Positions 1 through 11,536 of a DNA stretch of 64,000 nt are shown piece after piece. The position numbers and the translations under genes are program-made. This stretch comes from Geopsychrobacteraceae bacterium (GTDB lineage: Bacteria > Desulfobacterota > Desulfuromonadia > Desulfuromonadales > Geopsychrobacteraceae). Position 1 is the first letter of the stretch, and each line of letters starts with the position of its first letter. The stretch lies in NCBI GenBank assembly GCA_963662315.1, contig OY759353.1, positions 96,001-160,000 on the forward strand, read 5' to 3'. Below the pieces are notes generated by a model. The model searched no databases. It saw only the letters and a list, made by a program, of their open reading frames with translations, and was not told the DNA's origin.

Positions 1-55
1 CTCCGGAGCCTATAAATAAGGCTAGGAAGACTAAAGATAATAGCGTTTTCCGCAT
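1..55 (-). CDS. 5' end of an exported protein (runs off window edge)
   Basis: Hand translation: AAGGAG RBS (63-68) then ATG at 55 gives MRKTLLSLVFLALFIGSG, a signal-peptide-like N-terminus. Not in the ORF track. Confidence 0.7.
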   Translation of the reverse strand, partial: MRKTLLSLVFLALFIGSG

Positions 56-146
56 AAATGGACTCCTTAGGGTTAAAAGAATAAACAAGTCAAAACCTTA
101 GCACAGTCGGGATGCTGTTGTCAGTATTCAGGTGAGTAAAAATGGT

Positions 147-175
147 TTGACAAAAAAATGACCCCTTCCTATATT
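147..175 (+). promoter_or_regulatory. sigma70-type promoter for leuB
   Basis: TTGACA-N17-TATATT. Confidence 0.7.
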
Positions 176-191
176 TTGGCCATTTTTATAA

Positions 192-1331
<1,140 letters not shown>

Positions 1332-1358
1332 TGCCAAGCGATAACCCTGACCAATCTT

Positions 1359-1384
1359 AAAGGGAGCCTGCGGGCTCCCTTTTC
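1359..1384 (+). terminator. Rho-independent terminator
   Basis: AAAGGGAGCC-TGCG-GGCTCCCTTTT. Confidence 0.8.
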
Positions 1385-1396
1385 TGACTGCAGATT

Positions 1397-2158
1397 ATGC
1401 AAAAAACACAGCTTTTATTTCAGGGGGGAGATTCCTTCCTGCATCGTTTAGATCCCCGTGTCAAGTTGATCCTTGCGGGCGCTCTGGTGGGCTGTTTGTT
1501 TTCAAGCCTGGCGCCACTGCGACTCGGTTTGATCGCCGGAATCTGGGCTGTTGGTGCTCTGCTTGCCAGGCAGTCGGTTGTGCATGTGTGGCGAATATTC
1601 CGGCTGCTTAAATGGTTGTTGCTGTTTTCTTTACTGCTGCATCTTTTTTTTACTCCCGGACAGACGCTGTTCGGGGTGCGCTGGCTGAGCCTTGATGGTC
1701 TGGTGAATGGTCTGTGTGTCGACGCCCAGATTGTGCTGGCCGTGCTTATTTCGTTGTTGGTTTCGCTGACGACAAGCGCGGAGGATCTCAGTTCTGCATT
1801 GACCAGTGTTTTGTCTCCGCTGCGGATAGTGAAAGTACCGGTTCACGAAATCGGGGCCATGTGTACACTAGTGTTGTATTTTTTCCCTCTGTTGAAGGCT
1901 GAACTTCTTGCGTTAAAACCACGCAAGGGACGCTCCGGATTGCCAGTGCTGGCCAGGTTACGCGTTTGGTCTGAACAGCTGGAGCTGGTTTTGATGAAAC
2001 TTCTGGACCAGGGTGATCAGCTTGCCTGCGATATTGTTGCTCGTGAAGCGGCAGATCCGTCTTTTGATCGTGGCGTTGCCGTACGTCCTGTTGGTGTCAG
2101 GTCGCTGGTTGTCCTGTTTGGTGGCTTGTTGGTTGTGTTTCTGATGTGGCGGGTGTAA
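1397..2158 (+). CDS. EcfT/CbiQ-like transmembrane protein (orphan, degenerate)
   Basis: SFLHRLDPRVKL N-terminal motif, hydrophobic helices, LTTSAEDL and LSPLR segments. Confidence 0.8.
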   Translation: MQKTQLLFQGGDSFLHRLDPRVKLILAGALVGCLFSSLAPLRLGLIAGIWAVGALLARQSVVHVWRIFRLLKWLLLFSLLLHLFFTPGQTLFGVRWLSLDGLVNGLCVDAQIVLAVLISLLVSLTTSAEDLSSALTSVLSPLRIVKVPVHEIGAMCTLVLYFFPLLKAELLALKPRKGRSGLPVLARLRVWSEQLELVLMKLLDQGDQLACDIVAREAADPSFDRGVAVRPVGVRSLVVLFGGLLVVFLMWRV

Positions 2159-2896
2159 TTGATGCCCAGGATTGTTTTAACCGTGTCCTATGATGGCAGT
2201 GCCTATGTCGGCTGGCAATGCCAGCCTAACGGAATCTCGGTCCAGCAACGTATTGAGGAAGCCGTTGAAAGGTTGAGTGGCTCTTTTCTGCGTCTGCATT
2301 CTTCTGGACGTACTGACGCAGGAGTCCACGCCCGGGGGATGGTCTGCCATTTCGATACTGACGCTGGTCTGCCGCTGACGGCATGGCGGGATGGTTTGAA
2401 CAGGTATCTGCCTGACGATATTGCTGTGCAGGATGCGCGCATTGCAGCCCCTGATTTTCATGCACGTTTTTCTTCAACCGGCAAGCTGTATCGCTATCAG
2501 ATTTTATCTGCGGCGGTACGTTCACCGTTGGAGCGCGGGCAGGCCTGGCATGTCAAGAAAGCCTTGGACCTTGACATGATGCGAACTGCAGCGGAGTTCT
2601 TTGTCGGTGAACACGATTACGCTTCATTTCGCACCACCGGTTGCGCGGCCAAAACTACAGTGCGGACTGTTTTCGGAGTCGACATACGCGTGCTTGGCCA
2701 GGTGGTCCAGATTGATGTTCATGGTAGCGGTTTTCTCAAAAATATGGTACGGATGATGGTTGGTACTCTGGTGGAGGTCGGTCTCGGCAAACGCTCCGCA
2801 GAGGATGTTGCCACACTGCTTTCCCGACCCGGGTCAGTCCGTCCCGCATTGACCGCTCCGGCCCATGGGCTATGTCTAATCAAGGTTTTTTACTGA
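2159..2896 (+). CDS. truA: tRNA pseudouridine(38-40) synthase
   Basis: YDGSAYVGWQ, GRTDAGVHA, FLKNMVR, TAPAHGL. Confidence 0.97.
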   Translation: MMPRIVLTVSYDGSAYVGWQCQPNGISVQQRIEEAVERLSGSFLRLHSSGRTDAGVHARGMVCHFDTDAGLPLTAWRDGLNRYLPDDIAVQDARIAAPDFHARFSSTGKLYRYQILSAAVRSPLERGQAWHVKKALDLDMMRTAAEFFVGEHDYASFRTTGCAAKTTVRTVFGVDIRVLGQVVQIDVHGSGFLKNMVRMMVGTLVEVGLGKRSAEDVATLLSRPGSVRPALTAPAHGLCLIKVFY

Positions 2897-2965
2897 AATC
2901 GATGGCGGGGTGAGGGGGGAAATATTGGCCTGACGAAAGGCGGGAAAATTTGTTGAGAAAATGTC

Positions 2966-2994
2966 TTGACAGATAGGTCTTTGTCAGATAAGTT
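2966..2994 (+). promoter_or_regulatory. sigma70-type promoter for rplM-rpsI
   Basis: TTGACA-N17-TAAGTT. Confidence 0.6.
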
Positions 2995-3049
2995 TACCGC
3001 TTTGTGAGCCCCACAACCCTTTAGAGATAGATGTTTGGAGAGGAATGCG

Positions 3050-3478
3050 ATGAGTACTCAAGTCGCTAAAGAGCATGAAGTTGTAAGAGACTGGTTTGTT
3101 GTCGATCTGGAGGATGTTGTTCTCGGTCGAGCAGCGACTGAAATCGCCCGTGTTTTGCGTGGCAAGCATAAGGCAATTTACACCCCAAGTGTTGACACCG
3201 GTGATTTTGTTATCGTTGTCAATGCCGACAAACTCAAGCTGACCGGTAACAAACTGGCTGATAAGAAGTACTATCGTCATACCGGGTTTCCAGGTGGGAT
3301 TCGCGAGATTACCGCTGAGAAGTTGCTTGATAAAAAGCCGGAAATGCTGATTCAGGCTGCTGTTAAAGGAATGCTGCCCAAGAATAAGCTGGGTCGTAAA
3401 ATGTTTAGTAAACTTAAGGTTTATGCCGGAGGCGAACATCCTCATGCCGCCCAGCAACCTAAAGAACTGAAGTTTTAA
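3050..3478 (+). CDS. rplM: 50S ribosomal protein L13
   Basis: [41 protein letters not shown] supports ATG 3050. Confidence 0.98.
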   Translation: MSTQVAKEHEVVRDWFVVDLEDVVLGRAATEIARVLRGKHKAIYTPSVDTGDFVIVVNADKLKLTGNKLADKKYYRHTGFPGGIREITAEKLLDKKPEMLIQAAVKGMLPKNKLGRKMFSKLKVYAGGEHPHAAQQPKELKF

Positions 3479-3494
3479 TCAGGGAGATATTTAG

Positions 3495-3887
3495 ATGGCT
3501 GAGCAGAAGTTTTATGCCACTGGCAAAAGAAAAACCTCGATCGCCCGTGTCTGGTTGAAACCAGGTTCAGGTGAAATTGTTGTCAATAAGCGTCCTCTGG
3601 ATGTCTTTTTTGGCCGTGAAACCTCCAAGATGGTTGTCCGCCAGCCTTTGGAATTGACCAATAACTCCGGCAAATTTGACATTTTTGTTAATGTTGCTGG
3701 TGGTGGTGCTTCCGGTCAGGCTGGTGCTATCAAGCACGGTATTACCAAGGCCTTGCTTGAGGTTGATCCGGAATTGCGTGCGGTTCTGAAAAAAGCGGGT
3801 TTCATTACTCGTGACAGCCGTGTTAAAGAACGTAAGAAATACGGTCGTGCAGCTGCTCGCCGGAGTTTCCAGTTCTCCAAACGTTAA
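3495..3887 (+). CDS. rpsI: 30S ribosomal protein S9
   Basis: [22 protein letters not shown]-terminal QFSKR. Confidence 0.98.
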   Translation: MAEQKFYATGKRKTSIARVWLKPGSGEIVVNKRPLDVFFGRETSKMVVRQPLELTNNSGKFDIFVNVAGGGASGQAGAIKHGITKALLEVDPELRAVLKKAGFITRDSRVKERKKYGRAAARRSFQFSKR

Positions 3888-3923
3888 TTGTTTCGACAAT
3901 TTCTGTTTGTACACAGGTTTATC

Positions 3924-3957
3924 AAAAGGGAAATCCGCAAGGGTTTCCCTTTTTTTA
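3924..3957 (+). terminator. Rho-independent terminator
   Basis: AAAAGGGAAATCC-GCAA-GGGTTTCCCTTTTTTT. Confidence 0.85.
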
Positions 3958-4054
3958 TCTTCAGGTGTAATTTGGGGTCTGTTCAGCGCCAGTTTTGGAT
4001 CTGTTATTGATCCCTGGCAGCTTGGCCATCTTTTCGAAGTATGCGGAGATTATT

Positions 4055-5092
4055 ATGATCAATGTTTCAGTTATCGGCGCAAGTGGGTATACCGGGGTTG
4101 AACTGCTGAGGCTCCTGGTTAATCATCCGCAGGTTAATATCGTCAGTGTGACATCGAGGCAGCATGAGGGGGCCCCAATCAGCAAGGCGTTCCCTTCGTT
4201 AAGCGGATTCTGCGATCTGGTCTGTGAAGTATTGGATGTTCAGGCTATTGCAGCCAAGTCGGATCTCGTATTTACAGCGTTACCGCATAAATCTGCCATG
4301 GAAGTCATTCCAGATTTTCTGGCTGCGGGCTGTAAGGTTGTTGATCTGTCTGCGGATTATCGGCTGCGTGATAAAGATGTCTATGAAAAATGGTATCAGG
4401 AGCATACCAGTCCTGCTTTGTTGGCTGAAGCTGTTTACGGATTGCCCGAACGGTATCGTTCTGCGATAGAGAGCGCCCGTTTGGTAGCCAATCCTGGGTG
4501 CTATCCTACGACAGTTATTCTTGGTCTGCTGCCGCTTCTCGAGCAGAAACTGATCGATCCTGAAACACTTATCATTGATAGTAAATCGGGAACCAGCGGT
4601 GCCGGACGCGGTGCGAAACAGGGGAGCCTGTTTTGTGAGGTTAATGAGGGATTTAAGGCCTATGGTGTCGCCAACCATCGACATACTCCTGAAATTGAGC
4701 AGGAATTGTCCAGTGTTTTCGGCGCCCCGGTACTGGTTAATTTTACACCCCATTTGTTACCAATAAACCGCGGTATGTTGTCAACCTGTTACGCCAAGGT
4801 GACTGACGTTACCAGCACAGATGCACTGCTTAAGCTCTATCGGGACCGTTATGCCGGAGACCCCTGCATACGGATTATGCCTGGCGGGGAGCTGCCTAAT
4901 ATTGCTTACGTACAAGGAACCAATCTGTGTGATATCGGTCTTGTTTACGATCAGAGGACTCAGCGGGTGATTGTTGTCAGTGTTATTGATAATCTGGTCA
5001 AGGGCGCATCTGGTCAAGCGGTCCAGAATATGAATATCATGTGTGGCTTTGATGAATTGCTTGGTTTGGGGATTTTACCGACTTTCCCTTAG
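4055..5092 (+). CDS. argC: N-acetyl-gamma-glutamyl-phosphate reductase
   Basis: [36 protein letters not shown] before ATG 4055. Confidence 0.97.
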   Translation: MINVSVIGASGYTGVELLRLLVNHPQVNIVSVTSRQHEGAPISKAFPSLSGFCDLVCEVLDVQAIAAKSDLVFTALPHKSAMEVIPDFLAAGCKVVDLSADYRLRDKDVYEKWYQEHTSPALLAEAVYGLPERYRSAIESARLVANPGCYPTTVILGLLPLLEQKLIDPETLIIDSKSGTSGAGRGAKQGSLFCEVNEGFKAYGVANHRHTPEIEQELSSVFGAPVLVNFTPHLLPINRGMLSTCYAKVTDVTSTDALLKLYRDRYAGDPCIRIMPGGELPNIAYVQGTNLCDIGLVYDQRTQRVIVVSVIDNLVKGASGQAVQNMNIMCGFDELLGLGILPTFP

Positions 5093-5154
5093 GCCGGAAA
5101 TAGAGTACTCTACCCCGTTAAGATTCGTTCTTGATTTGATTTGTGGTGGTGTTT

Positions 5155-7251
5155 ATGTCCAAGTTCCGACAGAATCTACAGAGCTGTCAAATTGTTGAAG
5201 AACTGTCCAGTAATGACGGATTTGTTTCTTATCGGGTCAGTTGTCCTGATCATGGCATCTGTCGGTTGCTGCTGGCGCATCCTCATGCACGTCTGGCAGT
5301 TAAAGGGGCCACTGGCTTTTTTGAACGGGCTGAAACACTCGCTCAGCTTGAACTGCCCGGGGTCGCCACCATCATTGATGCCGGCTATTATCAGGAACGC
5401 GTTGCGTGCTTATTGCCTTTATGTGATGGCGTGCCCTTGTACGACTTTGTCGCAATGCCGGGTACTGTCGGTGATGTCCTTGGGCTGCTTCGCGCCATTG
5501 TTGAAAACCTTTCCGTTGCTCATGCCCATGGCGTTTGCCATGGCAATCTGACACCTCCCCTTATTGTGGTGAATGAGGACAAACAGCCGCTCTTATGTGA
5601 CTTTGCTTTGTCTCAGTTGTTCGTTCTCGATTATATCAGCGGTGTCGACCCTCGCTACTGCAGTCCTGAACAGGTCAGGGGAGAGGTTGCAACACCTGCT
5701 TCTGATATTTACAATCTGGGCTGCATTTTATACCGTCTGCTGAGCGGACATCCGCCTTATCATGGAAAAAACAACTTTTCCATCGCAACCAGGCACTTGG
5801 AGGGGGATTTCCCTGCACTGCCGGAACCGTTCCTGAAATGTGCTGATCTTCTGTCAGCTATGGTCAAGCTGATCCCTTCCCAGCGCAGCACCGCCGAGGA
5901 AGTCTTGAGTGGGATGACTCGTTTGCTTGCTGATAAGGAATTTGTTCAGGTTCACTGCCAGGGCCCGGAAGCGGAATCAATAGCAGATTTTTCTGCTGAT
6001 AGTGCCACTGAAGCAGAAGCCGGTTCTTCGACGTTGTCTTCCATTTCATCCAAAGTTGAAGCTTTACTTAAGGAACAGAAATTTGACTTTTCTGAACCTG
6101 AGCCCTTGGCTTCGGCAGGCAAGCCAGAAGTTGTTGCTGCCCCGGGCAGAGATGAGCATCGGGCGAAAACTGGTGAGGGCAGGCGCTATTTTATTCTGTT
6201 TCTGGTGGGTATTATTGTCGGAATGTCTGCCTTTCTTGGCTATTCCTATTATCTTGATGCCCGGTCCACGGTCAAACCGGCGGGCGGAGGGATGGTGCTA
6301 GATGTCAACCGTCTGGATGGGGCGCTTAAGGCGTGGCAGGACCATGACTTTGAGCGCGCTAAACAGGACCTGAATGTCTTGGTTGGGGAGTTTCCCCAAG
6401 ATCCTCGTGCTTACAATAACCTGGCTGCGGTATACGCCGCCCGGGGTGATCTTGAGCAAGCACGGATATTGCTTGAACGCGGACTTGCTACGAATTCGGA
6501 GTATGCTACGCTTCATCAGAATCTTGGTGCTGTTTACGCTGAAATGGCGCGTGAGTCTTATGGCAAGGCATTGCAGTTGAATGCTTCGGAGAAAAAACTG
6601 CCGATTCAGGTGTTTTCAAGCCAGGGTTTACTGCTTCTGAAACGCAAGGACGATGCTGCTACTTTGCCCTCCGTAGCTGTATCTGAGGATGCTGACCGCA
6701 TTCTAGAGCCGTCTTTAGATGCTGAGCAGCAGACAGTTTCAGGGGGGGCTGGTACAGATAGTGCTGCGCCCCAGATTGAGAATAAGCCGCTTGCTGATGT
6801 CGCTAAAGATATGGAAACGGCCTCATCTCCTGATGCCCCGTCTGCTACCGAGCAACCTTCCGCTAGTGCGACCTCCGAAGTCGCTGAAGCACCTGTTTTC
6901 GAATCGTATCAAATCCAGGAATTTCTTGAGAATTGGGCGGCCTCCTGGGCTGCACATAATGTGGAACGCTATTTAGCATGTTACAGCGACCGCTTTGAGC
7001 CCTCTGGAGGGCTTGCGCGGAGCGCCTGGGAAGCTCAGCGGCGTCGGCGGCTTCAGGCCCCTGGCGCTATTGAGATCAGCCTGTCTGAATATCAGATTCA
7101 GAAAGAGGCTGATGGTGAATATGTTGTAGACGTTCTGCAGTCTTATAATAGCCAACGCTACAGCGATATAACGCGTAAACAGTTTGTTCTGGTTGTTGAT
7201 GGTGATGTTCTTAAGATCATCCGTGAGTATGCTCTGGAGATTGTGCGTTGA
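5155..7251 (+). CDS. Ser/Thr-kinase-like (pseudokinase) domain + TM helix + TPR + C-terminal NTF2-like domain
   Basis: Kinase-fold motifs HGNLTP, CDFA, YCSPEQ, SDIYNLG; TM YFILFLVGIIVGMSAFLGY; TPR AYNNLAAVYAARGD; C-terminal WAASW...YLACYS. Start could be 5143. Confidence 0.8.
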   Translation: MSKFRQNLQSCQIVEELSSNDGFVSYRVSCPDHGICRLLLAHPHARLAVKGATGFFERAETLAQLELPGVATIIDAGYYQERVACLLPLCDGVPLYDFVAMPGTVGDVLGLLRAIVENLSVAHAHGVCHGNLTPPLIVVNEDKQPLLCDFALSQLFVLDYISGVDPRYCSPEQVRGEVATPASDIYNLGCILYRLLSGHPPYHGKNNFSIATRHLEGDFPALPEPFLKCADLLSAMVKLIPSQRSTAEEVLSGMTRLLADKEFVQVHCQGPEAESIADFSADSATEAEAGSSTLSSISSKVEALLKEQKFDFSEPEPLASAGKPEVVAAPGRDEHRAKTGEGRRYFILFLVGIIVGMSAFLGYSYYLDARSTVKPAGGGMVLDVNRLDGALKAWQDHDFERAKQDLNVLVGEFPQDPRAYNNLAAVYAARGDLEQARILLERGLATNSEYATLHQNLGAVYAEMARESYGKALQLNASEKKLPIQVFSSQGLLLLKRKDDAATLPSVAVSEDADRILEPSLDAEQQTVSGGAGTDSAAPQIENKPLADVAKDMETASSPDAPSATEQPSASATSEVAEAPVFESYQIQEFLENWAASWAAHNVERYLACYSDRFEPSGGLARSAWEAQRRRRLQAPGAIEISLSEYQIQKEADGEYVVDVLQSYNSQRYSDITRKQFVLVVDGDVLKIIREYALEIVR

Positions 7252-8579
7252 AGCCCAGGCGCCTGTTGTTTTCTATTTTTCTGATCGCTGCCATCGGTTT
7301 CAGTGCCGTTAAGGTGGGGGCATTGTTGCCTCAGGCTTCATCGGCGGATATTCAGCTTGCTCTTCTGAAGGCGAGCCAGCCTGTCACTGGTGAGCTTCCT
7401 GGTGATCCCGAAATCGACCCTCTTAATGCCCGTCTTGATGAAAATCCCAATGATTTTGAAGCACGTTTGCTCAAGGGGTTGCTTCTGTTTCAAAAGGGGG
7501 CATTACCAGCCGCCATCGACGAACTGACCGATCTGGTCGATCGGGCACCCAGTTTTCAGTTGGCTCATCTGGTTCTGGGAGACTTGCTTATTGCACGTTA
7601 TGGGCGTTTTGAGCCGTTACGGGCCGATCGTCTCGGAACGGTACTTGATGGGTCGTATAAGCAGCAAATGGATCAATTGCAGAGTGAAGCAATAGCTCGC
7701 TTGCAGGGTTATCTGTCTTTAGTGGGTAATCGTGCGGTGCCTGAAGCGCTTCTATCTTTAAGCACTGAAACCCGCTATGCGTTGGTCGTGGATAAAAGTA
7801 AAAACCGACTCTATGTCTTTTACAACTCCGGAACTGGTTTGCCACCGACTCTGGTTGATCACTTCTATATCGTTCTGGGTAAGGTTTCTGGAGATAAGGA
7901 GACGGAGGGTGATCTGAAGACTCCCAACGGCGTCTATTTTGTCACCAGTTATCTTGCTGATGAGCAGTTGCCGCCTCTTTATGGTGTAGGAGCCTTTCCG
8001 GTTAATTATCCGAATGAGCTTGATCTGCGGTTGAAAAAAACCGGTCGCGGCATCTGGTTGCATGGCACCGACAAGTCATTATACAGCCGCCCTCCCTTAG
8101 ATAGTGAAGGGTGCGTCGTCTTAACCAACGATGAATTTGACGAAATTACGCAATATGTAGAGGTTGGAAGGACTCCCGTTATTATCAGTAATAAGGTGGA
8201 CTGGGTGTCCCGTCAGCAATGGCTGAACCAAAATATTGAGATTCAGGCTGCCCTTGAAACCTGGCGCCAGCGCTGGGAAAGTTCCGATATCGGGAACTAC
8301 CTGCAGTTTTATTCGGACCGTTTCTGGAGCGATCAATATGAGCTGGGGAGTTGGAAAGAATATAAAAAACAGGTTTTTGCCAGCAAAACATTTCAGAAAA
8401 TAGACATTACGGATTTATCTCTTCTTGCTTATCCGCGTGCTGTAACGCAGCCTCCCATGGTTGTCGCAAACTTTGTCCAGCATTACCGATCCAATAACTA
8501 TAATGGCGATATGCGGAAACGTTTGTATCTGGTTAAGGATGATAATAATTGGAAGATTCTTTATGAGGGGTCTCAATAA
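7248..8579 (+). CDS. L,D-transpeptidase/carboxypeptidase (YkuD fold) with TPR and C-terminal NTF2-like domain, Csd6-like architecture
   Basis: Signal peptide; VVDKSKNRL, GDKETEGDLKTPNGVY, GIWLHG...SEGCVVL (catalytic His/Cys). Confidence 0.88.
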   Translation: MKPRRLLFSIFLIAAIGFSAVKVGALLPQASSADIQLALLKASQPVTGELPGDPEIDPLNARLDENPNDFEARLLKGLLLFQKGALPAAIDELTDLVDRAPSFQLAHLVLGDLLIARYGRFEPLRADRLGTVLDGSYKQQMDQLQSEAIARLQGYLSLVGNRAVPEALLSLSTETRYALVVDKSKNRLYVFYNSGTGLPPTLVDHFYIVLGKVSGDKETEGDLKTPNGVYFVTSYLADEQLPPLYGVGAFPVNYPNELDLRLKKTGRGIWLHGTDKSLYSRPPLDSEGCVVLTNDEFDEITQYVEVGRTPVIISNKVDWVSRQQWLNQNIEIQAALETWRQRWESSDIGNYLQFYSDRFWSDQYELGSWKEYKKQVFASKTFQKIDITDLSLLAYPRAVTQPPMVVANFVQHYRSNNYNGDMRKRLYLVKDDNNWKILYEGSQ

Positions 8580-8776
8580 GACGAAGTTGAGGCATTGAGG
8601 CGTTGCAGCAGGGTTGCCGGATCAAGGTGGTAACGCTGCCCGATCTCTTCAATGCTGGCAAAGAGCATTTCGCAGCAGACACAACTTCCAATTTCCGCCT
8701 CAATGTCTCTGACGACCTCCAGGGTCCGTGGATGACGGTCGAGAATATCAAGGAGTATATCCGTTTTTCTGATCAT
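8573..8776 (-). CDS. small Cys-containing protein, DUF1858-like
   Basis: MIRKTDILLDILDRHPRTLEV...CVCCEMLFASIEEI...LLQRLN fits the DUF1858-like pattern; start uncertain. Confidence 0.6.
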   Translation of the reverse strand: MIRKTDILLDILDRHPRTLEVVRDIEAEIGSCVCCEMLFASIEEIGQRYHLDPATLLQRLNASTSSY

Positions 8777-8948
8777 CTTGGTCTCCGGTTTCTGATGCGT
8801 CGTGCGAGGAAAGATTAGCATGATAAATGCCGCATACCAAGGGGCTTTTCAGGGGGGAGAGCGCTTACCTTCGGCAGAGTAAAATATTTGACATTGGAGG
8901 TCTTCTGTGATCTTCTAGAGCGCTGTTTGAGGGAGATGGAAAGACCAG

Positions 8949-9983
8949 ATGCAGTTAAGCGATTTTGATTATGACCTGCCGGAACATTTAATTGCCCAGG
9001 AGCCAACGGCTTGCCGAGATGGGGCCAGAATGATGGTTCTTGATCGACAGGATCAGCAGGTTATTGATACCGATTTCCGCACTATCTCAGATTATTTTCG
9101 GTCGGGGGACGTGCTGGTATGTAACGATACCAAGGTCATCCCGGCACGCTTGCTGGGTGCTAAAACGACCGGCGGAAAGGTTGAGATATTTTTGGTTCGC
9201 CGAGAGGTTGGATGCACTGATGAAATCTGGCTGTGTCTGACGAAAAGCTCTAAAACGATCCGTCCGGGAACAGTCGTCCGGATTTCGGCCGATCTTAGCG
9301 CTGAAGTGCTTGATGAAGCTGCAGCGCCATACCGTCGGGTCAAGTTTATGGCGGTTGGTGATTTTCTTGAACAGATTGAAAAAATCGGGCATCTGCCTTT
9401 GCCTCCTTATATCAAACGGCCTGATGCCAGTGTTGATCGCCAGCGTTACCAGACGGTATTTGCCCGGGAAAAAGGCGCCGTTGCCGCACCGACCGCCGGA
9501 CTTCATTTTACCAAAGAGGTCTTGGCTAAGTTGCAGGCTGCTGGCGTTATCATCGCCCCTTTAACCCTGCATGTCGGGTTGGGAACTTTTTTGCCGGTCA
9601 GAGTTGATAATATTCTTGAACATAAGATGCACTCTGAACTTTACCATGTTCCGGAAACCACTGCCGCACTGGTGAATCAGGCCCGTCAGCGGGGAGGACG
9701 CGTGATTGCCCTGGGGACCACTAGTGCCAGGGCGCTGGAGACGGCTGCAGCTGCGTCCGGCCAGTTGCAAGGCGGGTCAGGGGACAGTGATATTTTTATC
9801 TATCCCGGTTACCCGTTTAAAATTGTTGATGGATTGGTAACAAATTTTCATTTGCCTAAATCGACATTGTTGATGTTAGTATCAGCTTTTGCCGGTAAAA
9901 ATTTTATTCTGTCTGCATATCGCCAGGCTGTAGCAAACGAATATCGTTTCTTCAGTTATGGTGATTGTATGCTTATTCTGTGA
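8949..9983 (+). CDS. queA: S-adenosylmethionine:tRNA ribosyltransferase-isomerase
   Basis: DFDYDLPEHLIAQ, PLPPYIKR, AAPTAGLHF, TNFHLPKST, FFSYGD. Confidence 0.98.
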   Translation: MQLSDFDYDLPEHLIAQEPTACRDGARMMVLDRQDQQVIDTDFRTISDYFRSGDVLVCNDTKVIPARLLGAKTTGGKVEIFLVRREVGCTDEIWLCLTKSSKTIRPGTVVRISADLSAEVLDEAAAPYRRVKFMAVGDFLEQIEKIGHLPLPPYIKRPDASVDRQRYQTVFAREKGAVAAPTAGLHFTKEVLAKLQAAGVIIAPLTLHVGLGTFLPVRVDNILEHKMHSELYHVPETTAALVNQARQRGGRVIALGTTSARALETAAAASGQLQGGSGDSDIFIYPGYPFKIVDGLVTNFHLPKSTLLMLVSAFAGKNFILSAYRQAVANEYRFFSYGDCMLIL

Positions 9984-11111
<1,128 letters not shown>

Positions 11112-11168
11112 AAGGGTTTGCGAAAAAAACTATTCGTTCATTATATTTCAAACCTTAGGGAGGCTTTT

Positions 11169-11477
11169 ATGGCAACACAAGCATTTGCAATGGCGGGAGC
11201 TGGCGCAGCACAGGGTCAAAGTGGTTACGAGGGTATTATTATGCTGGTGGCGATGTTTGCCATTTTTTACTTCTTACTCATCCGTCCCCAGCAAAAACGT
11301 GCTAAGCAACATAAAGAACTGATTGGCAATGTTAAATCTGGTGATACTATCGTCACGGCTGGCGGTATTCACGGCAAGATTGCCAATGTTGACGACCTGA
11401 CCATCACTCTCGAAGTGGCCACAGGTGTTAAAATCAAGATGAACCGTTCTTCCATCAGCGAAGTCAAAAAATCCTGA
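11169..11477 (+). CDS. yajC: preprotein translocase subunit YajC
   Basis: FYFLLIRPQQKR, GDTIVTAGGIHG; GGAGG RBS before ATG 11169. Confidence 0.96.
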   Translation: MATQAFAMAGAGAAQGQSGYEGIIMLVAMFAIFYFLLIRPQQKRAKQHKELIGNVKSGDTIVTAGGIHGKIANVDDLTITLEVATGVKIKMNRSSISEVKKS

Positions 11478-11536
11478 TTTATGTTGTCGATTCTACCTTC
11501 CGATGTTTCTTGCGTATATAGGGAGATACAACACAG

